Assembly (NCBI RefSeq): GCF_004010195.1
Contig: NC_057711.1
Coordinates: 74,586,933-74,642,046, forward strand
Source: Chiloscyllium plagiosum
Taxonomy: Eukaryota
DNA length: 55,114 nucleotides
Direction: 5' to 3'
The position numbers and the translations under genes were made by a program. The notes below the pieces were generated by a model. The model saw only the letters and a list, made by a program, of their open reading frames with translations. It made no database searches and had not been told where the DNA came from. Shown piece by piece: positions 9,991 through 20,934 of this stretch. The number at the start of each line of letters is the position of its first letter. Positions within the stretch are counted from its first letter, which is position 1.

Positions 9991-12714
9991 TGAGCATCAC
10001 TGGTAAAACCAGAATTTATTGTTCATCCATAAATGGATCCATAAATCCTTGAGAAGGTGATGATGAGCCTGTTTCCTGCACTGCTATAGTATATGTGATG
10101 TAAGTACATGCACTGTGCTGTTAAGGAGGCACTTCCAGGATTTTGATTAATAAACTGAGTAAAGAAACAATGATATTGTTCCAAAGCAAGTGTGACTTGT
10201 GAATAGTTCACACCTGTTGCCAAAATGTGCCTCTGGTGGAGGGACTGAAAATTTAGAGTTTACATATGACTTGTTCAACATGCTTCTTTTATATTAATGC
10301 GTGTGCTATTTAGGTTATGGCTGTAATATGTTAGATGAGTGCATATAGGAATGGTGATAAATCTGAACTAATGAACTTTATTGATTAAAATTTTGACTAT
10401 GAGCCCATATTCAATTGATGTTAGCAGAATATGAACTATCATACAGACTTCTGTATTCCAAACAATCGGGAAGTACAGAATTGTGTCTCATACATAAGTC
10501 AATCTTCATAACATATTTGAGCAGTAATGACACTCTGAAAAGCATGGAGAAAATCCAGCTTATATTAGTTTCTGAAGAACAGCCAGTATTTATGATTGGT
10601 CACCATGAAGCTGACAAAAATCTAAAGACCTTAGATTTGACAAAAATGTTGATTTATGATACATTACAGTTGAACAATATCGTAGTTTCCTATGGTGTTT
10701 TGGAGACAATCTTTATTCAAGCCGGGTTTTTAGATCTAGTTGAAATTTGGTTGGAATTTCATAGTAACTACACATGCATGCTTTCCAATATACCTTATTG
10801 TGGCTCTGCAATAAATCTCTACCTCAGAGGTTTCATAGGTGATCAGATTTAAGTTTCAGTTCCTTGCTGAAAGAAGAATAGAAGGCAGTATTGGCAATGC
10901 CACTACAGAGGAATGAGCTAAAGATCCATTCCGAAATCACCAGAGGATGACTTTGATAGCAACAGTAGTGGTAATGATAGAGTTCCTCTTTTCTCTTTTT
11001 GCAAGATACGGGACTCAGTTACAACTCTCTTGCTTCTGGGTTAGTGAACCAACTTTCAGTAGTTCCACCAGTGGTGCATATTGTGGTCACATCCACCATA
11101 TGACATGCTTTCAATAGATTAAATACGACTGATCCTTCTCATTAATTTTAGACTAAGTTATTGACACCAAGTAGGGAAGGATATCCATAAATATCTTTGG
11201 TAGAAGTGAGGCTCAGTCTTACTGAACAGGGAAAGTTTATTATGTAGTACTTAATATCTAATTACATTACATTTGAGTTATGACAATCTCTTGTGAGACT
11301 TCAGGCTAGACTTAGAATAAGTAAACATTACTGTTTAACCATGTATAACTTAGCACTTTTAAGTAATTTTGAAATTGCTTTGTTCCTCACACTAAGATAA
11401 GCTACACATTATTTTATATCAACTTTGGTGGAGCTTATTTTGTGAAGTTAGTTAATGCTTTCTGGTACTGTTTGTACAAGCTTTTTGTTTGGTTATTAAA
11501 CTATTCTCATAGTTTTTCTCAAATAAGTAGACTTACAAAATATGTTTACCTTTCTCTGTCTTCCCTTCACGTTTCTGACTCTATAAATGTTTTATGACAT
11601 GGTTGGATTGGAAGTCTGCTGCCTGAAAGTGCAGTTCATTGTTACAATGAAAACTTGATAATCTTTGCTGTTCACAAAGGATATGTTTTGGCATCTGTGC
11701 TGCTGTTGAATATTTTCTGCCTTTTTTAGATTTTTAGATTCCTCAAGTCACATCAGAAAAGATAGCCATGTTTCTGAAAGAAATAACCTTCTCCTTTTGG
11801 CATATAACAAGGCAGACTCGCATATGGCCCTTCCATCCTTGCATGTGTTCTTTAGGAAGCAAGGTAGTTTTATTTGATGTCATCATAAATGTAAGGATGC
11901 TTGTTTTTATTTTAAATAACCAAGTTGACTATATCAGGAGTCTATTAGCAACTCTTGTTGGCTGCATTGTCAAGGATGTCCAATTATCAGATTTTGAAGA
12001 TTTGTTTGCATTTGGAGAACAATTGAAAGATTACTCCAAACGTGTGAAGTTAGTGGTATTGTCTGATCCCTCAATCATTAAAAGTTGTTGCACCCCAGTG
12101 CAATTAAAATTGAGTGGTTTATATTTTCTCTTAGGTTCAGCAAACATTCATCTAAAAACTATGAAGCTTTAACTTTTGTTGAATAAAGTTACATTAAGCA
12201 CTGGCATTTAGCTTATGAGCTGCTGGTTTTAATGACATACACTTGTCCCAGATAATAATTGGCTCGATATTTAAAGACTATTTTCAGTGTTTCTTTAACT
12301 TTGAGTGGTGTTTTGCCTGCATGACGCAGATTGTTTTGAGAAGATTGCCTGTTTCTTTATCTACAATCAAAGTGTGATTTTAAACAGTAGAGTAACACTT
12401 GCCTTCGTGTCGAGTTTGAAAATAATTGGCTGCCTGTTTATTTGTGTGATGTCTGTCTTACCTGGTTCAGATAAGTCATCTCTTACCCCAAGGAATGGTT
12501 GAGTTGCCTCTACCAAAGGTCATATGTCATCATATGTGCTTGAATTAAGTTATGTCTTTGTAGTCTGGAATCTCTTCCAAAAGGGGGAAAAAACAATCAG
12601 TGGAGGGATCCCCTGTGATTGGCACCTGAAAAACATGTTTTTGGATACTGTTGAGGGGGACGACTTACAGAGCTTGTCCCTGTTGCACAGAAGGGAAGGA
12701 GGGAAAGGAGGAGA

Positions 12715-13221
12715 GTGTTAGTCATTGGGGACTCAATAGTTAGAGGGTCAGATAGAAGGTTTGTTGGGAACTAATGAGACTCACGGTTGGTGTATTGCCT
12801 CCCAGGTGCAAGGGACCGTGATGTCTCGGATCGTATCTTTGGGGTCCTGAAGGGAGACGGTGACCAGCCTCAAGTCGTGGTCCATGCAGGTACCTATGAT
12901 ATAGGTAGAAAGAGGGATAAGGATGTAAGGCAGGATTTCAGGGAGCTAGGATGGAAGCTGAGAACTAGAACAAACAGAGTTGTTATCTCCGGTTTGCTAT
13001 CCGTGCCACGTGATAGCAAGACAAGGAATAGGGAGAAATATCAGCTGAACACGTGGCTGCAAGGATGGTGCAAGAGGGAGGGTTTCAGTTATTTGGATAA
13101 TTGGGGCTCATTCTGGGGAAGGCGGGACCTATACAAACAGGATGGTCTTCACTTGAACCAGAAGGGTACTAATATCCTGGGTGGGAAATTTGCTGGTGCT
13201 ATTTGGGTGGGTTTAAACTAG
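12715..13221 (+). pseudogene. CR1 ORF1 SGNH/GDSL esterase domain with a premature stop
   Basis: VIGDSIVRG...CLPGA...VVVHAGTYD...DGLHLN. Confidence 0.85.
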
Positions 13222-13332
13222 CTCGCAGGGGGATGGGAACCTGAGGTGTAGTTGCAGTGCACAGGAGGATAAGAGTAGGGAAGACAGGGACAGGATTTTA
13301 GGGTCACAGGAATATGCTGGCAGACAGCAAAC

Positions 13333-16079
13333 TGGTTTGAAGTGTGTCTACTTCAACGCCAGAAATATCCGAAATAAGGTAGATGAGCTTGCAGCATGAA
13401 TAGGTTCCTGGGACCTCGATGTTGTGGCCATTTTGGAGATATGGATCGAGTAGGGTGAGGAATGGATGTTGCAGGTTCCGGGGTTTAGATCTTTCATTAA
13501 GAACAGGCAAGGCGGTAAAAGAGGGGGAGTTGTGGCCTTGTTAGTCAAGGATACTATAACGGTGGCTGAATGAACTTTTGACAAGGACTTGTCTACTGAG
13601 GTAATGTGGGCTGAGGTTTGAAACAGGAGAGGAGAGGTCACACTACTTGGAGTTTTTTATAGGCCTCTGCAAAGTTCCAGGGAAGTGGAAGAGAGGATTG
13701 GCAAAATTATTCTGTGTAGGAGTGAAAGGAACAGGGCGGTCACTCTGGGGGACTTTGACTTCCCCAACATTGACTGGAAATGCTATAACTCTAGTATGTC
13801 GGATGGATCAATTTTTGTCCAATGTATACAGGAGGGTTTCCTGACACAGTATGTCGAAGGGCCGACAAGAGGGGAGGCCACCTTGGATCTCGTGCTTAGT
13901 AATGAACCAGCCTGGTGTTTGATTTAGTTGTAGGTGAGCACTTTGGAGAAAGTGACCGTAATTCAGTTACGTTTAGTTTAGCGATGAAAAGGGATAGGTA
14001 CATGCCACAGGTCAAGAGTTATCGATGGTGCAAGGGCAATTATGATGCGATTAGGCAAGAATTAGGACACATAGAATGGGGTAGCATAATGCAGTGGATG
14101 CAGACAATGGAAATATGGAGCTGGTTTAAGGAACAGATATTGCGTGTCCTTGATAGGTATGTCCCTGTGAGGCAGGGAGGAAGTGATAAGGTAAGGGAAC
14201 CGTGGTTTATAACAGAAATTGCATCTCTTGTTAAGCAGAAGAAGGAGGCTTATGTGTTGATGAGGCAAGATGGTACAGATGAGGTGATGGAGAGTTACAG
14301 ATCAGCTAGGAAGGATTTAAAGAGAGAGTTAAGAAGAGCAGAGAGAGTTAAGAAGAGCACAGAGAGGACACGAGCAGTCTTTAGCAAATAGAATAAAGGA
14401 TAACCCTAAAGCTTTCTATAGGTATGTGAGGAATAAAAGGAACAGGGCCAGTCAAAGACAGACCCTGTGGAGATCGGAGAGGTGCTAAACAAACATTTAT
14501 CATTGGGTTTCACTCAGGAAAAGGATAATATTGTAGGGGAGAAGAATGAGGTATGAGATATTAGGCTAGAAAGGACCGAGGTTAGTTACTAACAGGTATT
14601 ATCAATTCTAGAATTAGTGAAAGTGGACAAATCCCCTGGGCCAGGTGGGATTTATCTAAGGATTCTCTGGGAAGCTATGGAGGATATAGCATAGCCTTTG
14701 CCTTTGATATTTGAGTTGTCATTATCTACAGGTTTAGTAACAGTGGACTGGAGGATTGCAACTGTTGTGCCCTTGTTCAAGAAGGGCAGTAGAGATGACC
14801 CAGGTAATTATAGACCAGTTAGCCTTACTTCTGTTGTAGGAAAGGTTTTGGAAAGGATTATAAGAGATAAGATTTATAATCATCTAGCAAGCAACAATTT
14901 GATTTCAGATAGTCAACATGGTTTCGTTAAGGGCAGGTCATGTCTCACAAACCTCATTGAGTTTTTTTTCAGAAGATGACCAAGCATGTAGATAAGGGTA
15001 GGGCAGTTGACATGGTATACATGGACTTCAGTAAAGCCTTTGATAAGGTTCCACATGGTAGGTTGTTGGAGAAAATGCAGAGGCATGGAATTGAAGGTGA
15101 TTTAGCAATTTGGATTAGAAACTGGCTTTCTGAAAGAAGGCAGCAAATGGTGGTTGGTGGAAAATAATCAGCCTGGAGTCCAGTTACTATAGTGGTATGC
15201 CACAAGGATCTGTTTTGGGACCACTGCTGTTTGTCATTTTTATAAATGACTTAGACGCAGGCATAGGTGGATGGATTAGTAAATTTGTAGATGACACTAA
15301 AGTTGGTGGAGTAGTGGACAGTTTGGAAGATTGTTATAGGTTGCAGAGGGATTTGGATAAACTGCAGAATTGGGCTGAGAGGTGGCAAATTGAGTTCAAT
15401 GCAGTTAAATGTGAGGTGATGCACTTTGTGAAGAAAAACAAGAAGGCAGAGTACTGGGTCAATGGAAAGATTGTTGGTAGTGTGGATGTGCAAAGGGATC
15501 TTGGAGTCCATGTTCATAGATCCCTGAAAGTTGCCACCCAGGTGGATAGTGCTGTTAAGAAGGCACATGGTGTGTTAGGTTTCATTCGTAGAGGGGTTGA
15601 GTTCTGGAGCCGCAATATCATGCTGCAACTATACAAAATACTGGTGCGGCCACCCTTGGAACATTGTACAGTTCTGGTTGCCATATTTTGGGAGGGCTGT
15701 GGAAGAATTGGAAAAGGTGCAGAGGAGATTTGCCAGGATGTTCCCTGGAGGGAAGATCTTATGAGGTAAGACTGAGAGACTTGGGTCTGTTCTCTTTGGA
15801 AAGAAGAGGGGATTTGATAGAGACCTACAAGATGATCAGGGGATTAGGTAGGGTAGACAGTGAAAGTTTTTTCCTAGGATGACAACATCAGCTTGTACGA
15901 GGGGGCATAACTACAAATTGAGGGGTGATAGATTTAAGACAGATGTCAGAGGCAGGTTCTTTACTCATAGAGTGGTAAGGGCATGGAATGCCCTACCTGC
16001 CAATGTAGTTAACTCAGCCACATTAGGGAGATTTAAACAATCCTTGGATAAGCACATGGATGATGATGGGTTAGTGTAG
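13333..16079 (+). pseudogene. CR1 ORF2 endonuclease-reverse transcriptase, frameshifted
   Basis: Collinear ORF fragments 13685-16079 with GDFDFP, LDLVL and RT motifs. Confidence 0.9.
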
Positions 16080-16286
16080 GGGGACGAGCTGAGAAGAGTT
16101 CACAAATTGACGCAACATCGAGGGCTGAAGGGCCTGTTCTGCGCTGTATTGTTCTATGTTCTATGTTCTATGCTTAGTGTAAGATTTTGAACAGTGTATA
16201 ACTTGACTATCATGGAGAGCATTCTCATTGAGTATGCCTGTGGATTATCATATCTAGGAAACAATTTAATTCAGCTTTTTTTTTAC

Positions 16287-16570
16287 AATTAGAATTAGAA
16301 TTAGAGTTAGAATCCCTACAGTGTGGAAACAGGCCCTGAGCCCAACAAGTCCACACTGACCCTCTGAAGAGAACCCACCCAGACCAATTCCCCACCTTAT
16401 ATTTACTCCTGACTAATGCACCTAACCTACACATCCCTGGACACTATGGGCAATTTAGAATAGCCAATTCAACTAACCTGCACATCTTTGGACTGTGGGA
16501 GGAAACCGGAGGGCCTCGAGGAAACCCACACAGACACTGGGAGAATGTGCAAACTCCACACAGAGAGTCA
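16287..16570 (-). mobile_element. HE1-like SINE body; a head fragment lies separately at 16831-16881
   Basis: (ttagaa)n tail and V-domain; head ctggcgctgtgaggcagcagtgctaaccactgtgccaccgtgccgccc is 260 bp away. Confidence 0.85.
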
Positions 16571-16755
16571 ATGTTGAAAGCGAGGCAAATCTGTTCATTA
16601 ATCTCCTTATTAAAAAATAAAGCAAACTTCTTGATAGCCTACTGAACGATATGGGTTTCCGTCTCGCATTGAGGTGTACAGCTTTGTAAGTCTCAGATTT
16701 TGATTCCTGATTTGTTTTATCTTTGTATTACTCTTGCTGAGGTTAGGTGAGAAAG

Positions 16756-16956
16756 GAATTTGGAATTGTTGCAATGCTCTCCACAGTTTAAAGGGCAATT
16801 GACAGTCATGTCCTAGTTCCCACGTAGAGACTCTGGCGCTGTGAGGCAGCAGTGCTAACCACTGTGCCACCGTGCCGCCCAGAATTTGGAATTGTTGCAA
16901 TGCTCTCCACAGTTTAAAGGGCAATTGACAGTCATGTCCTAGTTCCCACGTAGAGA
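16756..16956. repeat. 75-bp perfect direct repeat (16756-16830, 16882-16956) flanking a SINE head
   Basis: Direct comparison of the two copies. Confidence 0.95.
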
Positions 16957-17559
16957 ATGATCACTTGGATATGGTAACAGATTCAACACGGTCCCAAAAG
17001 ATCTATTAAGATTGGCCCTGATGCATTGGCAAACATCAACTTTTTCAATGTTGACTATTTAAAGGAGAATGTAAGCAACAGTGCTGTTCTGATGGTTCAC
17101 AGATTTTAAACAATTTTTAGCAAGCACACAGAACAGGAGAATTTGACAATCTATACTGAGTTAGATGATGTTGACTTTTTTAAACATCAAAAGTCCAAAG
17201 TAGGCCATTCAGTCCAGTCAATCCATTCTGGTGTCTATGCTGCACACAAGCTTCCTCATATCCCTGTTCATCTGTGAGGCTTGTCTGTTATTGATGCAAA
17301 TTTAATTTTTTTTTTCTGCCCATTATAGGAAAGTATGCAGCTTTGTGTGGTGTGCTAGTCTTGATAGATGGCTCAGTGTGTTTTTTCCAGCTGCCATCTT
17401 CATAGGTTCTTATTGGTCAATACTGCTGTCAGCCAACACAGTTGCAAGGCACTAACATTAGTTTGAGCTCTCTGATTTAGTTATGGAACAAGTATAAGTT
17501 TGACTTCTTACTTCTTACTTTTAGTCATTCTTCTGACTTCTTACTTTTAGTTATTGATT

Positions 17560-17935
17560 CTTTCAGAATTTTACCCATGGTAGCAGTGAGACCCTAGGGG
17601 TGTTATTTCTGACTGTTCATCCTAACCCAGATAATGTTCTAGTGACCTCGGATCAAGGCCTGCAATGGCAGATGGTGGAATTCAAATTCAAAAACAGCAT
17701 CTGGAATTAAGAGTCTAATGATGACCATGAATCTACTGTCAATTGTTGGAAAAACCCATCTGGTTCACTAATGCCATTTAGGGAAGGAAACTGCCATCCT
17801 TACCTGCTTTAGCCTGCATGTGACTCTGGACGCACAGCAATGTGACTCTCAACTGCCATCTAAAGTAATTAGGGATGAGCAATAAATGTTTGCCTGGCCA
17901 ACAATGCTGTCATCCCATGAATGAATTAAAACAAA
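17560..17935 (+). mobile_element. SINE-like repeat; related pieces at 19055-19260 (-), 34090-34260, 36660-36975, 53615-53730 (+), 53885-53995 (-)
   Basis: Recurrent gatggtggaatt...tagggaaggaaactgccatccttacc...aattagggatg...atcccatgaatgaa. Confidence 0.7.
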
Positions 17936-17994
17936 TCTGTTGGGGCTAACTGTCAAACCTCATGTGAGCAGTGATTATTTGGCTGTATACACAG

Positions 17995-18385
17995 TGGTGT
18001 TTAGACGAATAAGTTCATTGAAGTTTACAAAATTCTTACAGGGTTTGCCACAGTAGATGCAGGAAAGATATTTCCATTGTCTAGAATCAGTAAGAGGTAA
18101 ACCTGCAGTAAGAGGTAGGCCTATTCTGACTGAAATAAGGAGGAATATTTTAACTAAGAAGATGGCAAACTTTTGTATATTTCTGCCTCAGAGGGCTGTC
18201 AGAAGCTCAGTCACAGAGAATATTCAAGATCGATACATTTCTAAATAGTAAAGATATCCAAAGATACAGGGACAATAAAGACATTGATATTCAGGTAGGT
18301 AATCAATTATCTTCTAGTTGAAGGTGGAGTAGGCTTCAGTGCTCATGTGTCTGCTACTGCTCCTATTTCTTGTGATCCTGTATGC
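17995..18385 (+). mobile_element. Old CR1 3' fragment
   Basis: Decayed IEVYKIL...TEIRRN...LPQRAV plus CR1-like 3' UTR. Confidence 0.65.
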
Positions 18386-18602
18386 AGTGTTCCATTGGAC
18401 TGACACCAATTGAATTGCAGCAATATAGCAATGTCTGTACAAGAGAATAGGAAAAGATTGGACATAAAAATGAAGTTCTGGAAACAGTACTGGGCAGAGT
18501 TGTATTTCTAGTTTGTTGGAGGAAAGCACATGTTAATCTTTTGTTAAGTGAGATGATAACAAAGACCAAAACAAAATTTCTTCTGGACCTGTCTTGAAAA
18601 AC

Positions 18603-18800
18603 CAAGTCAAAGGTCAACCAGGTTATAATCCAGCAGGTTTATTTGAAATTGCAAGCTTTAGGAGCTCTGCTTCTTCCAACCCCACCCGAGGAAGGAGCAG
18701 AGTTCCAGAAGCTTGCAATTTCAAATGAACCTGTTGGACTAGAACATTCTGTCACTTGATTTTGACCTTGTCCACCGCAGCCCAACTCTGGCATCTTAAA
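18603..18800. mobile_element. Fold-back PLE-like repeat (family D); related at 38667-38775 and 52710-52780
   Basis: Inverted arms caggtttatttgaaattgcaagctt / aagcttgcaatttcaaatgaacctg plus one-sided tail gtccaccgcagcccaac. Confidence 0.6.
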
Positions 18801-19261
18801 TTCAGAATGCAATTAGAGCAGTTCCATAGCAGCTAGTGTGAAACTGACTCAATGTAACATTGTTTTCCAGAAATGTTTTGGTCCTACTTGTGTAAATATA
18901 CTTCGTATGATTTTACCTTTTGCAATACACAACTTAAATGAATGTGAAAATATACACCATTTCACAAAATTTGTTTCCAACTAATACAATTTATCCCTAC
19001 TCTTACTGTATATTACTGCTTCCTATTACTTGTGCATTGGTTACATCACTCCTGTTACTTTTAAAAATTATTGTTTCATTGGATGTGGGTATCATTGGCA
19101 AGACCAGTATTGGTTGCCCATCCCTGACTGCTTTGAACAAAGCTTCTTGCTAGCCATTTTCAGAGGGCAATAAGTCAGTCAATTGGCGGTCTGGAATTAT
19201 TTATAGGCCAGACTAGATAAGGGCAGCAGATTTCCTTTTCAATAAGACATTCATGGATCAA

Positions 19262-19739
19262 ATAGGTTTATAGATGGTGAAGAATTTGTCAAATGTGTTC
19301 AAGAAAATTTTCTTTATCAATATGTTGATGCTCCTACCAGAAAAGGAGCAAAACTAGACATTTTTTTGGCAATAAGGACAGGTGGCTAAAGTAAAAAATG
19401 GAGGAACACTTTGGGTTTAGTGATCATAATTCTATTAGTTTCAAAATGGTTATGGAAAAGGATAAGCCTTCCATAAAAGCTAAAGTTTTTATTTAGAATA
19501 AGGCAAATTTTAATGGTATGCGACAAGAACTTTAAAAAATTGATTGAAGTAGACTGTTCGCAGGTAAAAGGATGTCTGAGAAGTGGGAGAATTTCAAGAG
19601 TGTGATGATGAGATTTCAGAGGCATTTTTTTCCTGTTAGAGTGAAGGGTAAGGCTGCTAAGAATAGAGAACAATGGATGAATGAAGATGTTGAGGTTCTA
19701 GTCAAGAATAAAAGAGAATTCAACCTGGTTCCATTGACT
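19262..19739 (+). mobile_element. Host CR1, 5' segment (APE C-terminus/tether)
   Basis: EEFVKCVQENFL...EEHFGFSDHN; continues collinearly after 23812. Confidence 0.8.
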
Positions 19740-20024
19740 TTTCGCAGCAGAGAGCGGCGGGAGCTGGGCGGAAGTTCAGGCGGAGCGCAAAGCCGGTCGG
19801 GAAGGTAAGTGATTGCTATTAGAGTGGGTGTGTTCTAAACCCCAGGTCCTACAAAGTAGGGTCTCCCTCCCTCCCTCCTCCTCTAACCTAAATTAAGAGT
19901 CCACAGACTTGCCACAAAAAGAGGGTCTAAGGAAGTTTGGATCGAAGAGTGAGGCTTCAGCTCAGGAATCTTTGACAAGGAAGTTGAGTGAAGTGATTAC
20001 ACCACAGTTGAAGAGGGTGAAGAC

Positions 20025-20763
20025 ATGACTGCCCAGCTGGTTCAGTGTGCTACGTGCGTGATGTGGGAGGTCAATGACTCTGGTGTGTCTGGCTCGTATA
20101 TGTGTGGAAAGTGTGTGCACATTCAACTATTGACCGAGCATATTGCAGCGCTGATGACAGAACTCGAAGACCTTAGGCTCATCCGAGAGAACGAGATCTT
20201 TCTGGACAAGACCTTAAGCAAGGTTATTACACCAATCATGCCAGAAGAGAGCAGAAGAGAGCAGACGATGAGGAAGACAGTGAGGAGACACGTGCAAGAG
20301 ACCCCGGGAGAAGTACCTGTCAGGAACAAGTTGAAGCTTTTGGAAACAGTAGAGACTGATGACACTGCCAGCTCGCAAGGCGGCCAGGTCTGTCAATCAA
20401 AGGTTGGCGCAGAGGCAGAGCGGAAGAGTCGGACATGGCACAGAGCCGTGGTAATAGGGGACTCCATCGTAAGAGGAACATACTACAGCGGGACTTCAGA
20501 GAACTAGGAAGAAGGCTGAAAAGCAGGACGTCCAAGGTGGTTATCTCCGGTTTGCTTCCAGTTCCTCGGGCTGGTGAGGCCAGAAACAGGGAAATAATGG
20601 ACTTGAACGTGTGGTTGGGGAACTGGTGCAGGAAGCAAGGATTTAAGTTCTTGATCACTGGGGTATATTTTGCGGTAAGCATAAATTCTACAAGAGAGAC
20701 GGTTTGCACCTTAATAGATTAGGGACCAGGTTTTCTACTGCAACACTGCTACATTTAAACTAA
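20025..20763 (+). pseudogene. CR1 ORF1 (zinc finger, coiled coil, internally deleted esterase)
   Basis: MTAQLVQCATCVMWEV...CGKC...VVIGDSIVRGT, then a frameshifted ILQRDFRELG. Confidence 0.85.
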
Positions 20764-20934
20764 GTAGCGGGGGGGAGGGGACAAACTGGATGTTTAAAAA
20801 GGAAATTGAAGGGAAAGTTAGAACAAGAGAAGTCAAGAAAGACAACTGTATCAATGAGGCAGAAAACTCGGAAAGGGAAAATGCTGTAAAGTTGAGTGAA
20901 ATAGGGGTTGATGGGAAGGGTGAGAGCAGTAACA

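Larger units (their letters stand above)
12605..16172 (+). mobile_element. CR1 LINE, 5'-truncated within ORF1, inactivated
   Basis: Esterase ORF1, APE, RT motifs (PGNYRPVSLTS, QHGF, DFSKAFDKV, PQGSVLGP, FVDDTK) and (ttctatg)n tail. Confidence 0.95.

Noticed and set aside
10415..10852. 145-aa ORF
   Set aside because: Non-ATG start, AT-rich composition, no recognisable domain or convincing splice sites.
11550..11622. Minus-strand exon-like segment (tttcag acceptor, gtaaac donor)
   Set aside because: Stops in all three frames; no evidence for a non-coding exon.
16756..16956. Repeat-spacer-repeat here and at 29708-29921 as a CRISPR-like array
   Set aside because: Only two repeats each, 75-89 bp long, spacers derived from TEs, no cas genes, vertebrate context.
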